Origin: an uncultured Nitrososphaerota archaeon
GTDB taxonomy: Archaea; Thermoproteota; Nitrososphaeria; Nitrososphaerales; Gagatemarchaeaceae
DNA: 64,000 nucleotides
Reading direction: 5' to 3'
NCBI GenBank assembly: GCA_963718895.1
Contig: CAVRAG010000008.1
Span: 224,001-288,000, forward strand
Below, piece by piece: positions 19,270-27,959 of the stretch. Position numbers and translations under genes: made by a program. Within the stretch, counting starts at the first letter, position 1, and every line of letters begins with the position of its first letter. Below the pieces are notes generated by a model. It was not told the DNA's origin. It made no database searches and was given only the letters and a program-made list of their open reading frames with translations.

Positions 19270-19749
19270 CTAGGACGACTTCTTCTCTCGGATGTGCATG
19301 TACGTCCCGGCGACGACCATGACGGCGAAGAGGGCCGTCGCGTTGGCGAGGTGGAGCGCCGTGACGGCGGCGTTCAGGTCCGAGTTGACCACCACATCCC
19401 CGAGCCCCACCTGGACGATGAGCATAGCCAGCGCCAGGAGCAGGGCCCTGGAGGGCTCGGTCGGGCGCGGCTTCATCCTCCAGACTACGATCGTCGTCAC
19501 GAGGAGGAAGACGGATGTTATGACGCTGAGCGTCCTGTGGATGTACTCGACCAGCGCCCCGTAGTTCACCGCCGGGTTCGGTATCGCAAGGCTTCCGTTG
19601 CAGTACGGCCAGTCGCTGGACACCAGGGACCCGCCCGTGGTCGTCCCACACGCGCCGCCCCAGTTGCCTGCGGTGAGGTAGGCGCCCCAGACGATCAGCA
19701 CGAACGTCGAGAGGATGGTCGCATATACGAGATACTTCCCCAGGGACAT
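19270..19749 (-). CDS. ctaA: short (half-size) heme A synthase, COX15/CtaA family
   Basis: C...DWPYCNG, EYIHR, QVGLG, TALHL. Confidence 0.85.
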   Translation of the reverse strand: MSLGKYLVYATILSTFVLIVWGAYLTAGNWGGACGTTTGGSLVSSDWPYCNGSLAIPNPAVNYGALVEYIHRTLSVITSVFLLVTTIVVWRMKPRPTEPSRALLLALAMLIVQVGLGDVVVNSDLNAAVTALHLANATALFAVMVVAGTYMHIREKKSS

Positions 19750-19795
19750 GCTTTCGTTCGGCCGCGGACTCGGAAGATTAGTTAAGACTTTTGCG

Positions 19796-20657
19796 CTAGA
19801 GGAGCACGGCTACGCACCCGAGCACGAATACGACAGCGAGGTACGGGCTGGAGAACTTGAAGGCGAGGAAGGCGTTGGCCTTGGTGGGCGCTCGGAGCAG
19901 CTTGATGTTCGTCGCGAGCAGCCCCGCGTCGAACGCGACCGCTCCCACGAGGTAGACCAGCCCTCCTGCGCCGCTCAGGTAGAAGTAGAAGAGGAGGCTG
20001 ATCGGAATCAGGAGCAACGTGTTCGTGACTATGAACTGCGCCGCCCTCTCCTTGCCGACGACCGAGGGGAGCATGGGTATGCCCGCCGCCGCATAGTCCG
20101 ACTCCGTTATGACGGCGAGGCTCCAGAAGTGGCTCGGAGTCCAGACGAAGACGAGGGCCGCGAGCACCCACGCCGTCGCGGGGTCCGAGAGCGTGACCGC
20201 GTACCAGCCTGCGAGGACGGCACAGCTGCCGGCGAACCCGCCCAGCACGATGTTCCACGTAGTGCGCGGCTTCAGCCAGATGGTGTAGATCTCGATGTAG
20301 ATCGAGCGCGCCAAGGCCGATGAAGAACGTGGCGTAGATGTTCAGGGTGAGGAACGCGACGAGCATCCCCATAGCCAGGAGCCCAACGGCGAACGCGAGC
20401 GCGTGCGACTTTGGTATCTGGTTAGTGGGCAGCGGCCTCCCTTTGGTGCGCTTCATCATGGAATCGACGCCGATTTCGAGGTAGCTGTTCGTGGCGAGGG
20501 CGCCGGCCGAGGCGAGGGTGCCCCCAGCCAGAAGGCCGGCGAGGGTGAGCGCCGAGGGTATCGCTCTGGCCGCTATTATCGCGGATGCGAGGGCCACGAG
20601 GACCAAGAGCGGGATGATTCTGGGCTTGACCAGCCGCACATAATCCCTTAGAGTCAA
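19796..20657 (-). CDS. ctaB: protoheme IX farnesyltransferase (frameshift near 20303)
   Basis: LVKPRI, DSMMKRTKGRPLP, WLKPRT, WTPSHFWSL, DYAAAGIPML. Confidence 0.92.
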
Positions 20658-20712
20658 TAGCCTATCGTGTCCCTAGACCTCGCCGACGGCCGCTGGGTGA
20701 TGATTTAAACAA

Positions 20713-21573
20713 TTATCCGGTGCGGACCTTGGCTGACCCCACCCCCTGCGGCACCCTGCACGAGGCCTCGTAGGACCGCTTTACGGACAGCGCGGTGAAC
20801 AGGGGGCCCAGGAGGAGCACCGGTATGGTGATGGCGACGAAGAGAAGCTGGTAGGGCGCGAGCGCGATCGCGAGGGTGGTGCCCACCCCGCCCAGCGAGC
20901 TGGCCAGGAACAGCCCCGCGCAGGTCGGGCAGGCCGTGAAGAGGCCGACCACGGCCCCGGAGCTCAGGAGCCAGCGACCGCCCATTGGGAACGACGACTG
21001 CCTGAAGGCGTAGTAGCTGAGTGCGACGTTGAACCCCACGAGAATCGGGACGACGAACAGGAACAACAGGCTGAGAGGGACGAGGACCATTCCCAGGTGG
21101 AGCGCCGGAGACAGGTAGACTATGAGCTTCGGTACCGTCCCGGTGTCCCCGCAGCAGGTGAGGTAGGTCCAGCTGGGCTGCGACACCCCGTAGACCTGCG
21201 CGAAGTTCACGGTCGGCTGGTAGGTGATGATGCTCGAGACGAAGGCGTAGACGAGCCCGTAGGCGATGGCTATCGCTGCGCCCAGCTTGAACGCCGTCCT
21301 CGAGCCGAGGGCCTCGCCGAGCACGGAAGGGATCGTCCGGCTCCCCTCTCCCCGCCACGTGAGGAGGACCTTGTAGACGAGATACAGGCCGAGGACGACC
21401 AGGACCGTCGAGAGGCCCTGGGCCAGATAGAACCCGAGCACGAGCGAGCCCGGGTCCTTCGAGGAGTACCCTATCAGCTCCTGGGTGTCGGACCAGCGGA
21501 ACATGTTGAAGAACGCAATCGCGGCGCCGACGACCAGAGAGACCAGACCTGTCAGCAGGGCCTTCGAAGCCAT
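20713..21573 (-). CDS. multi-pass membrane protein with CC and CPTC motifs
   Basis: Hydrophobic 286 aa; TCCGD and FTACPTCAG. Confidence 0.7.
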   Translation of the reverse strand: MASKALLTGLVSLVVGAAIAFFNMFRWSDTQELIGYSSKDPGSLVLGFYLAQGLSTVLVVLGLYLVYKVLLTWRGEGSRTIPSVLGEALGSRTAFKLGAAIAIAYGLVYAFVSSIITYQPTVNFAQVYGVSQPSWTYLTCCGDTGTVPKLIVYLSPALHLGMVLVPLSLLFLFVVPILVGFNVALSYYAFRQSSFPMGGRWLLSSGAVVGLFTACPTCAGLFLASSLGGVGTTLAIALAPYQLLFVAITIPVLLLGPLFTALSVKRSYEASCRVPQGVGSAKVRTG

Positions 21574-21635
21574 CGATGACCTCGTTGCGAAGCGTCCGAG
21601 CAGGGCTTAAATCCGTTCCGACGGGTTCGCCTCAA

Positions 21636-22931
21636 TCACGGGGGACCTTCGGCAAGGGGCACGGGCTGCTGCTTCAGCTTGATGACAGGTCCGAGTACGA
21701 TCCAGACACCGGCCAGAGCCGCTATGATTCCACCCAAGACCATGGTGCTGACCACTCCAAAGGAGGGCAGGGATGCGAGGGTGCCGCCGATTATGGCCCC
21801 TACGGGGATTGTCCCCCAGACGATCACCCGCATGGTCGCGTTCATCCGGCCCTGAAGTCGGTCCGGAGTGATCGCCTGCCTGAGGCTGACCTGGCTGATA
21901 TTGTAGATCGGCGAGCTCGTGCCAATGACGAAGGCCACGACGGCCGGCAGCAAGAACGGAGAACCGTAGCTCGCGAGGGGGTAGAGGACGGCGAGACCCG
22001 CCATGCTGACCGAGACCGCGAGACCCCGGCCGAACCCCAGCGCGGTCGTGAACCTCTTTGCGACAAGCGCTCCGACAAGGAACCCTGCTGCCCCGATGGT
22101 CCCGAGAAGACCCCACTCGAAGTAGGAGTAATGAAGACGTCCGAAGACGAACGCGAGGATTGCCGGCCCCACTATGTATGAGCCAAGATTGCTGGTGGCA
22201 GTGCATCCCGCTATTCTTGTCAGAAGGGGGTTTCCGAGCACGATGTGTATCCCTTCCCTCATCTCTCCGAAGAAGTCGGGTTGCGGATCTCCGGGCCTTG
22301 GCACCTTCCTGGGCTCTGGAGTCCGGATGTCGAGCAGAGCAACGGCGGCAGCGAGATAGCCGACGGCATCGGCGGCGCAGGTCAGTGCGGCACCGACTAT
22401 CTTCGGGGATATGACATCGGTCAGCGCCTGAAACGCCCCTCCAGCGATGCTGGGACCGACCACAGTAGCGCCCGAGGCGCTGAGCTGCAGTTTCTGGTTC
22501 CCCTCGATGAGGTCCTTCCTTTCGATCAGAATCGGAAGGTACGCCTGGTAGGAGATGTCGAAGAAGACCGAGAACACCCCGTTCACCAGTGCGATCACGT
22601 AGAGCTGGTCGAGGGCGAGCACCCCGAAGACGGCAGCGAGGGGGATCGTCATGAGGGAAGCCATCCTCCCCAAATTGCAGATGACCATGATCTTCTTCTT
22701 CCGGAACCTGTCGACCCAGACGCCCACGAAGAGCCCTAGTAGCGGATAAGGTAGAATCGCCAAAGCGGTAAGGAGGCCGACGCCGAAAGCCCCGGCGTTC
22801 AGCAGAGAATAGGCCAACACAGGAAGGGCGTACGTGCTGAAGTTGCTCCCGAATGAGCTGACGGTCTCGGAGAACCAGAGCCTCGTGAAGTCCCTGTGGC
22901 GCCAGAGGTTCCCGCCGAGGCTGAGCTTCAA
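21636..22931 (-). CDS. MFS transporter
   Basis: DFTRLWFSETVS, GVWVDRFRKK, RQAITPDRLQGR. Confidence 0.9.
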   Translation of the reverse strand: MKLSLGGNLWRHRDFTRLWFSETVSSFGSNFSTYALPVLAYSLLNAGAFGVGLLTALAILPYPLLGLFVGVWVDRFRKKKIMVICNLGRMASLMTIPLAAVFGVLALDQLYVIALVNGVFSVFFDISYQAYLPILIERKDLIEGNQKLQLSASGATVVGPSIAGGAFQALTDVISPKIVGAALTCAADAVGYLAAAVALLDIRTPEPRKVPRPGDPQPDFFGEMREGIHIVLGNPLLTRIAGCTATSNLGSYIVGPAILAFVFGRLHYSYFEWGLLGTIGAAGFLVGALVAKRFTTALGFGRGLAVSVSMAGLAVLYPLASYGSPFLLPAVVAFVIGTSSPIYNISQVSLRQAITPDRLQGRMNATMRVIVWGTIPVGAIIGGTLASLPSFGVVSTMVLGGIIAALAGVWIVLGPVIKLKQQPVPLAEGPP

Positions 22932-23062
22932 CGAGGCCGGGCTCTTTGGCTATGGCTATTATTCTTGCGAGCCGGGCTGGATTCTGGCGGAGTCAGGGCG
23001 AGTCCGGCCGAGGGCTCTGTCGAGAGGAGGGGTGCCTATATGCGGACTTGGAGATATTAGTC

Positions 23063-24007
23063 ATGGGACCTCCGAGACACTACAGGCACAGGACGCTCGA
23101 GGAGCGATTGAAGATTCACGCTGAGGTGGCGACGCTTCGCGGTTCGGGCATGACCGTGAAGGAGGTCGCCGACGCGCTTGGAATCAGCAGGCGTGACGTC
23201 AGTTACTGGACGAGGATGAACAAGCCGTCTCGCACCGTCTACAATCCGGACCTCACACCGAGACCTGAGCTCGCGTACCTCGTGGGAGCCTATCTCGGGG
23301 ATGGAAGGACTGCCGGACCGAAGGACAAGAAAGTGAGGTTCAACCTCGCCGACCAGGAGTTCGCGGATCAGCTTAACGAGCTAGTTGCCAAGGTCATCGG
23401 CGCCAGACTGAAGACGGTCCCCGTGGAGGAGGGGTTCCACTCTGTGAGCTACGACTGCGCGGTCCTCTACGATTTTCTCCAACAACCCCTTTCCGCCCAG
23501 ATACCTCTCGCCGAGTCATTCCCGGCAGAGTTTCTTCGCGGATTCTTCGATGCTGAGGGATACGCGTCTCAGACTATCTGGCCAGGGTCGAATGCCCTGA
23601 CAGCCATATGTGTAGGAGCAGCTAACTGCAACCTTGACTACCTCGACCTTGCCCGTCGATTGCTAGCGACCCTCGGGATACCTTCTGAAATCAGGATGAC
23701 GAACAAGGCAGGACAACCCATGGAGATACGCGGCCGAACCTACATCCGCAAGAGGAATGTGTTTCATGTGCGGATCAATGAGGCGGACTACGTCGAGAAG
23801 TTTCGCGATCGAGTGGGTTTCTCCGTTCCCGAGAAGAAGCAGAAACTCGCGGACCTCGTTGCAATAGTGTCCATTCCCGACGAATGGGATCGATACGACC
23901 GCTTCACTGACTTGTATGAGAAGAAGAAGCGCAAATGGATGCGACGAGGCGACGCGAGCAGCAGCAACCATTCTAGCGCTAGCGCTGAAAATAATTCTGC
24001 GCGGTAA
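23063..24007 (+). CDS. free-standing LAGLIDADG endonuclease with N-terminal HTH
   Basis: MTVKEVADALGISRRDVSYW HTH; YLVGAYLGDG and FLRGFFDAEG; no intein splicing motifs seen. Confidence 0.85.
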   Translation: MGPPRHYRHRTLEERLKIHAEVATLRGSGMTVKEVADALGISRRDVSYWTRMNKPSRTVYNPDLTPRPELAYLVGAYLGDGRTAGPKDKKVRFNLADQEFADQLNELVAKVIGARLKTVPVEEGFHSVSYDCAVLYDFLQQPLSAQIPLAESFPAEFLRGFFDAEGYASQTIWPGSNALTAICVGAANCNLDYLDLARRLLATLGIPSEIRMTNKAGQPMEIRGRTYIRKRNVFHVRINEADYVEKFRDRVGFSVPEKKQKLADLVAIVSIPDEWDRYDRFTDLYEKKKRKWMRRGDASSSNHSSASAENNSAR

Positions 24008-24027
24008 ATTATTCCGATAGGAATAAG

Positions 24028-24170
24028 TCCCGCGGGTCGGATTCGAGCCGACGACACTCCGGTTTCTGTGGCCTGAGTAGGCTGGACGGGTCAGCCGATG
24101 GCCGACCACTACAGCCGGAAGCTCTTGGTTCCGCCTTTTTAGGGGACCTACCAGGCTGAGCTACCGCGGG
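24028..24170 (-). tRNA. tRNA-Tyr(GUA) with two introns (24124-24147 at 22/23; 24064-24108 at 37/38)
   Basis: CCCGCGG/CCGCGGG acceptor stem, A discriminator, TCCGG/CCGGA anticodon stem with CT-GTA-G, GTCGG/CCGAC T stem; bulge-helix-bulge-type junctions at both introns. Confidence 0.92.
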
Positions 24171-24196
24171 ACGTGACCACGCCCGGCACGCATATC

Positions 24197-25243
24197 TTAA
24201 GCGTTTCCGGCGAGATGCGACTCGGATGAGTTTCGGCCCATGGAGATTGGCAGTCCAAGCGCCAGAGCGACGCGCCTGGCGTCGTCCGGCGACGATGCGC
24301 CCTTCACGAGCATCCCTCCGGACCTGAAAAGCGACACCTCGAGGTCCCCGACCCTCGTCATCAGTATCGAGTCGCCCATGCGCTTGGTCCCGTCAACAAG
24401 GCGCCTCGAGAGGCGGTCGAAGGACCGGGGAGGGAACGCGCCGCTCACGTAGAGCTCGTTGCCGCCGCAGAGCTCGACGACCCTGCTGCCGCGGCGGGGA
24501 TGCCGGCCAGACCCGCAGGCCCCGCAGTCGGGACGCCGCTCGAACCGGACCGTGTGCGACTCCATCCTCCGTCCGTCGAAGACGAGCATCGCACCCAGCA
24601 GCCCCGACTCCATCCCCGAGAGGATCTTCACCGCCTCGATCGCCCCGACCGACCCTATGTAGGAGGTGAGCGCGCCCAGCACGCCCACGACCTCGCAGGC
24701 GGGATAGTCCTCGTCCCTCGCCCCCGGGAAGACGCATTCGAAGCAGGCGGTCCTCGGGGACCAGAAGACCCCGGCCGAGGCCTCCCAGCCCAGTCCGCCG
24801 GTGTGGAGCAGCGGTATCCCCCGCGCGACGCAGGCCGCGTTGAGCGCGTACCTCCCCGCGAAGTTGTCGAGGCAGTCGACCGCTATGTCGGCATCGCGAA
24901 TCAGGCGCGGGGCGTTCCCGGTCCCGAGGCTCGCGGCGTGATAGTCCACCACAAGCCCCGGCACCCGCTCCCTCAGGTACCTGGAGACGACCTCTGCCTT
25001 GGACATCCCGACGTCGGCAAGCGTGTAGGTCGGCTGTCTGTGGAGGTTCTCGGCGGAGACGACGTCACGGTCGACGAGGGTCAGCCTCCCGACCCCGGCG
25101 ATGGCGAGGTTGACCGCCACGGAGGACCCGGTGCCTCCGAGGCCAACCACCACCGCGTGGGACCCGGCGAGGCGCCCCTGCCCCTCCCCTCCGAACCCTT
25201 CCAGGGCGATCTGCCTCGAGAAATACAGGCGGTCGTAGGACAA
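24197..25243 (-). CDS. HesA/MoeB/ThiF family E1-like adenylyltransferase
   Basis: FSRQI, VGLGGTG, DRDVVSAENLHRQ, CFEC and CGAC. Confidence 0.9.
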   Translation of the reverse strand: MSYDRLYFSRQIALEGFGGEGQGRLAGSHAVVVGLGGTGSSVAVNLAIAGVGRLTLVDRDVVSAENLHRQPTYTLADVGMSKAEVVSRYLRERVPGLVVDYHAASLGTGNAPRLIRDADIAVDCLDNFAGRYALNAACVARGIPLLHTGGLGWEASAGVFWSPRTACFECVFPGARDEDYPACEVVGVLGALTSYIGSVGAIEAVKILSGMESGLLGAMLVFDGRRMESHTVRFERRPDCGACGSGRHPRRGSRVVELCGGNELYVSGAFPPRSFDRLSRRLVDGTKRMGDSILMTRVGDLEVSLFRSGGMLVKGASSPDDARRVALALGLPISMGRNSSESHLAGNA

Positions 25244-25301
25244 CTGGGAAAAAAGCGAATGGAACTGCTTTTAAAGTCCGCGGGCCGGGCGTGACAAGAA
25301 C

Positions 25302-25739
25302 ATGAGCGAGAAGGCGGTCAAGAAGGTCCCTGCCAAGAAGAAGGCTGTCAGGAAGGCTCCGGCCAAGAAGAGAGCGGCCGCGGCCAAGAAGGAGGAGGCG
25401 AAGGAAGGGGCCGCGAAGGAGATCATTGAGCTAACCCCCGCGCCATCGCCGGTCGTCATGGTGAGGCACGAGTACGGCATGCAGGAGAGGGCCGCGCGGG
25501 GATACTCGCTCGGCGAGCTCGCGTCGGCTGGAATAACGTTCGTCGTTGCCAAGGGCATAGGGGTCCCGCTGGACCTCAGGAGGAGGAGCGCGCTGGACGG
25601 CAACGTCGCGCTGCTGAAGGGGTGGTACGTGCCCGCCCCGAAGAAGGCGAAGGTCGCGGCCGCGGAGAAGGAGGAGAAGCCGGCGAAGAAGGCGGCCAAG
25701 AAGCCCAAAAGAGCCGCCAAGGCGAAGAAGGAAGAGTAG
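25302..25739 (+). CDS. rpl13e: ribosomal protein eL13 with Lys/Ala-rich terminal extensions
   Basis: RGYSLGELASAGI...GVPLDLRRRS...NV core. Confidence 0.85.
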   Translation: MSEKAVKKVPAKKKAVRKAPAKKRAAAAKKEEAKEGAAKEIIELTPAPSPVVMVRHEYGMQERAARGYSLGELASAGITFVVAKGIGVPLDLRRRSALDGNVALLKGWYVPAPKKAKVAAAEKEEKPAKKAAKKPKRAAKAKKEE

Positions 25740-25746
25740 CCGTCGG

Positions 25747-26670
25747 TCAGTCCTTCGTCCTTTCGTTGTGAAACAGATACTGCTGGGCGTAGCCAGCGAA
25801 CTCACCGAAGTAAGCGCGGGCGCTCGCCGAGAGGCGGTCGTAGGTCGCCAGCGAGAGGCTCGTCCGGCCCGAGACGTTTGAAGCAAGCCTCTCTCTGAGG
25901 TCCTCGGCGAAGAGGTGCGGGTAGTAGTCCCCCAGGACCCTCGCTACCCAGACGTCTATGGGGAACGCCGAGTCCTTGTCGCAGGAGAAGAGCAGGACGC
26001 AGTCGGCGACCTTGGGCCCGATGCCCATCAGCGTCTTCCTCTCAGGGAGCTCCTCGATCAGCAGGTCCCTGGCCCTGGGGTAGTCGAAGAGGCGCAGCTC
26101 GTCCAGGTTCACCCTGCCCAGATAGACGGACTCGGCTATGGACTTCACGAACTTCGCCCTGTACCCGAGGCCGCATGCGACCAGGTCTGGGAGCTCGGCC
26201 TCGGCGAGCCTCTCGGGGCTGGGGAAGAGCGAGTAGGTCTCTCCCTCGAAGGCGACGGGCTCGCCAAGCCGCTTGCAGACGTTCGAGACCATCCCCCTAA
26301 TCCGGGGGATGTTGGAGTTCGTGGCTATGGCGAAGGAGATGAGGCACTCCCAGACCTCCTGCTTCAGCAGGCGGAGCCCGTAGAACTTCTGGACCGCTTC
26401 GGTGATCCTCTCGTCCTTCATTATCGAGGCGAGGATCCGCTCGAGGTCCACTCCTAGCCCCAGGTAGTTGTAGACGGTGCGGCTGTTGAGGGCGTCCGAG
26501 GACGAGACGCAGACGAGGGCCGCGCCCTCCTGCTTGAGCTTGACGACGCCTGGGCCAAGGACCCCGTACCACCACTCGCCCCTCTCGTTCCAGCGGAAGG
26601 ACTGGCCGGACTCCAGCGTGTAGCGGAGGTTGAAGGGGAGGCCCTCGGTGTTGATGGTGAACTCGCCCAT
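25747..26670 (-). CDS. 8-oxoguanine DNA glycosylase (OGG1-like, HhH-GPD)
   Basis: TLESGQSFRW, GLRLLKQEVWECLISF, GLGYRAK, GIGPKVADC, FPIDVW, AGYAQQYLF. Confidence 0.9.
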   Translation of the reverse strand: MGEFTINTEGLPFNLRYTLESGQSFRWNERGEWWYGVLGPGVVKLKQEGAALVCVSSSDALNSRTVYNYLGLGVDLERILASIMKDERITEAVQKFYGLRLLKQEVWECLISFAIATNSNIPRIRGMVSNVCKRLGEPVAFEGETYSLFPSPERLAEAELPDLVACGLGYRAKFVKSIAESVYLGRVNLDELRLFDYPRARDLLIEELPERKTLMGIGPKVADCVLLFSCDKDSAFPIDVWVARVLGDYYPHLFAEDLRERLASNVSGRTSLSLATYDRLSASARAYFGEFAGYAQQYLFHNERTKD

Positions 26671-26747
26671 CCGCCCTTCTCGAGGGTGGACTCTCTATAA
26701 AAGAATCCAAGCATGGCTCGAGAAGGCTCAGCCCAGACAGTCGTGAT

Positions 26748-27926
26748 GTGGATTGGCGCTTAAATGCGGTGCGAAGTTCGAGTCCGACGACTCTTGGAGG
26801 GACTGGCCTGACGGAGGCATCCGACGCTACACCAAGCGGCAAGGAAGGAGCACAGCAGACCTCGACGGACTTCACCGAGGATGAAAGGGAAGTCCTGGAT
26901 TTTCTGGCGAACTCGAAGAGGGTCGACCTCAGGTGGCTGAACGAGGACAGGAAAACGAAGATCAAGACGGTAATCGACGGGCTGCACAACGGCAAGAAGC
27001 TCTCGCTCCTGCAGATCTCGAAAGAGGTCGGGAGGTCCTACATGGCGATCTGGGGCCTGTGCCGAGCGCTGGAGATTCGGACGAGGAGCGTGGCCGAGGC
27101 CCAGAGCAACTCCGCCGAGTCCAGGTCGAAGCACAAGCGGAGGCCGTTCGGCGGGACCGAGGAGGATCGAGCGTACATGCTCGGGTTCAAGAACGGCGAC
27201 CTGACGGCGTGGCAGGTGAGCGGGACAGCGGTGATGGTAACGTCGACAACAACGCACCCCGCGTTCGCGGAGCTCTTCCGCGAGCTCTTCCGAGAATATG
27301 GGCACGTCTACGAGTACCCGATGTACGAGGAGGGGAAGGGATACAAATGGAAGCTCGCGGTGAGGCTCGACAACAGCTTCAGGTTCCTTCTAAAACCGGC
27401 CGTCGAAGCGGTCCAGGAGCTCTCGGCAGAGAGGTCGACGTACCTCAGTTGGCTCGCGGGTCTAGTCGATAGCGACGGGAACATATACGTTTCAGGAGGT
27501 CGCGGCTCTCCAAGGATACGCGTTGGCATTTACAACAGTGATGTGCCTCTCCTGAAGTCAATCATCACGGAGAGCAGAAAGATCCAATATGATTTCGACG
27601 GACCGTACCTCTTGAAGGAGAAAGGTACCGTTACTCCGTTCGGCATTAGGTACACTAGGGATCTCTGGCATATCGATGTCCAGCAGACCTGGTCGGCGCA
27701 GCGATTACTCCTTGAGCTCCCGATCAGACACGCTGAGAAACTTCGCCGCAAGTCGCTAGGGTTGCAGGTAGGCCGCCGACCTTGGAGCGAGATTGAAGCG
27801 GAGTTCCTGGAACTCAGAAAGGCGATACGGAGAGAAGTTGACGAGTTCCTTGCCGAGGCCGAGGAGCGCTACAGGAACAATCACGGATTTCCGGGCGACA
27901 GCACAAGTACTGAAGATCGCACCTAG
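26748..27926 (+). CDS. free-standing LAGLIDADG endonuclease with N-terminal HTH (true start may be CTG near 26808)
   Basis: LSLLQISKEVGRSYMAIW HTH; YMLGFKNGD and WLAGLVDSDG motifs; IGIYNSD-like strand, LPIRHAEK. Confidence 0.85.
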   Translation: MDWRLNAVRSSSPTTLGGTGLTEASDATPSGKEGAQQTSTDFTEDEREVLDFLANSKRVDLRWLNEDRKTKIKTVIDGLHNGKKLSLLQISKEVGRSYMAIWGLCRALEIRTRSVAEAQSNSAESRSKHKRRPFGGTEEDRAYMLGFKNGDLTAWQVSGTAVMVTSTTTHPAFAELFRELFREYGHVYEYPMYEEGKGYKWKLAVRLDNSFRFLLKPAVEAVQELSAERSTYLSWLAGLVDSDGNIYVSGGRGSPRIRVGIYNSDVPLLKSIITESRKIQYDFDGPYLLKEKGTVTPFGIRYTRDLWHIDVQQTWSAQRLLLELPIRHAEKLRRKSLGLQVGRRPWSEIEAEFLELRKAIRREVDEFLAEAEERYRNNHGFPGDSTSTEDRT

Positions 27927-27959
27927 ACCTCAGCGGAAGATAGGAAGTGAGGAGTGGAG

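Noticed and set aside
22960-23000. Possible duplicated tRNA-Tyr 3' end (att-like) upstream of the LAGLIDADG gene
   Set aside because: Only a loose match (gggctggattc versus gggtcggattc); too short to support.
27903-27918. DLQYL on the minus strand resembling sod YLQYL
   Set aside because: Only four residues, inside the endonuclease ORF, with no flanking similarity; likely chance.
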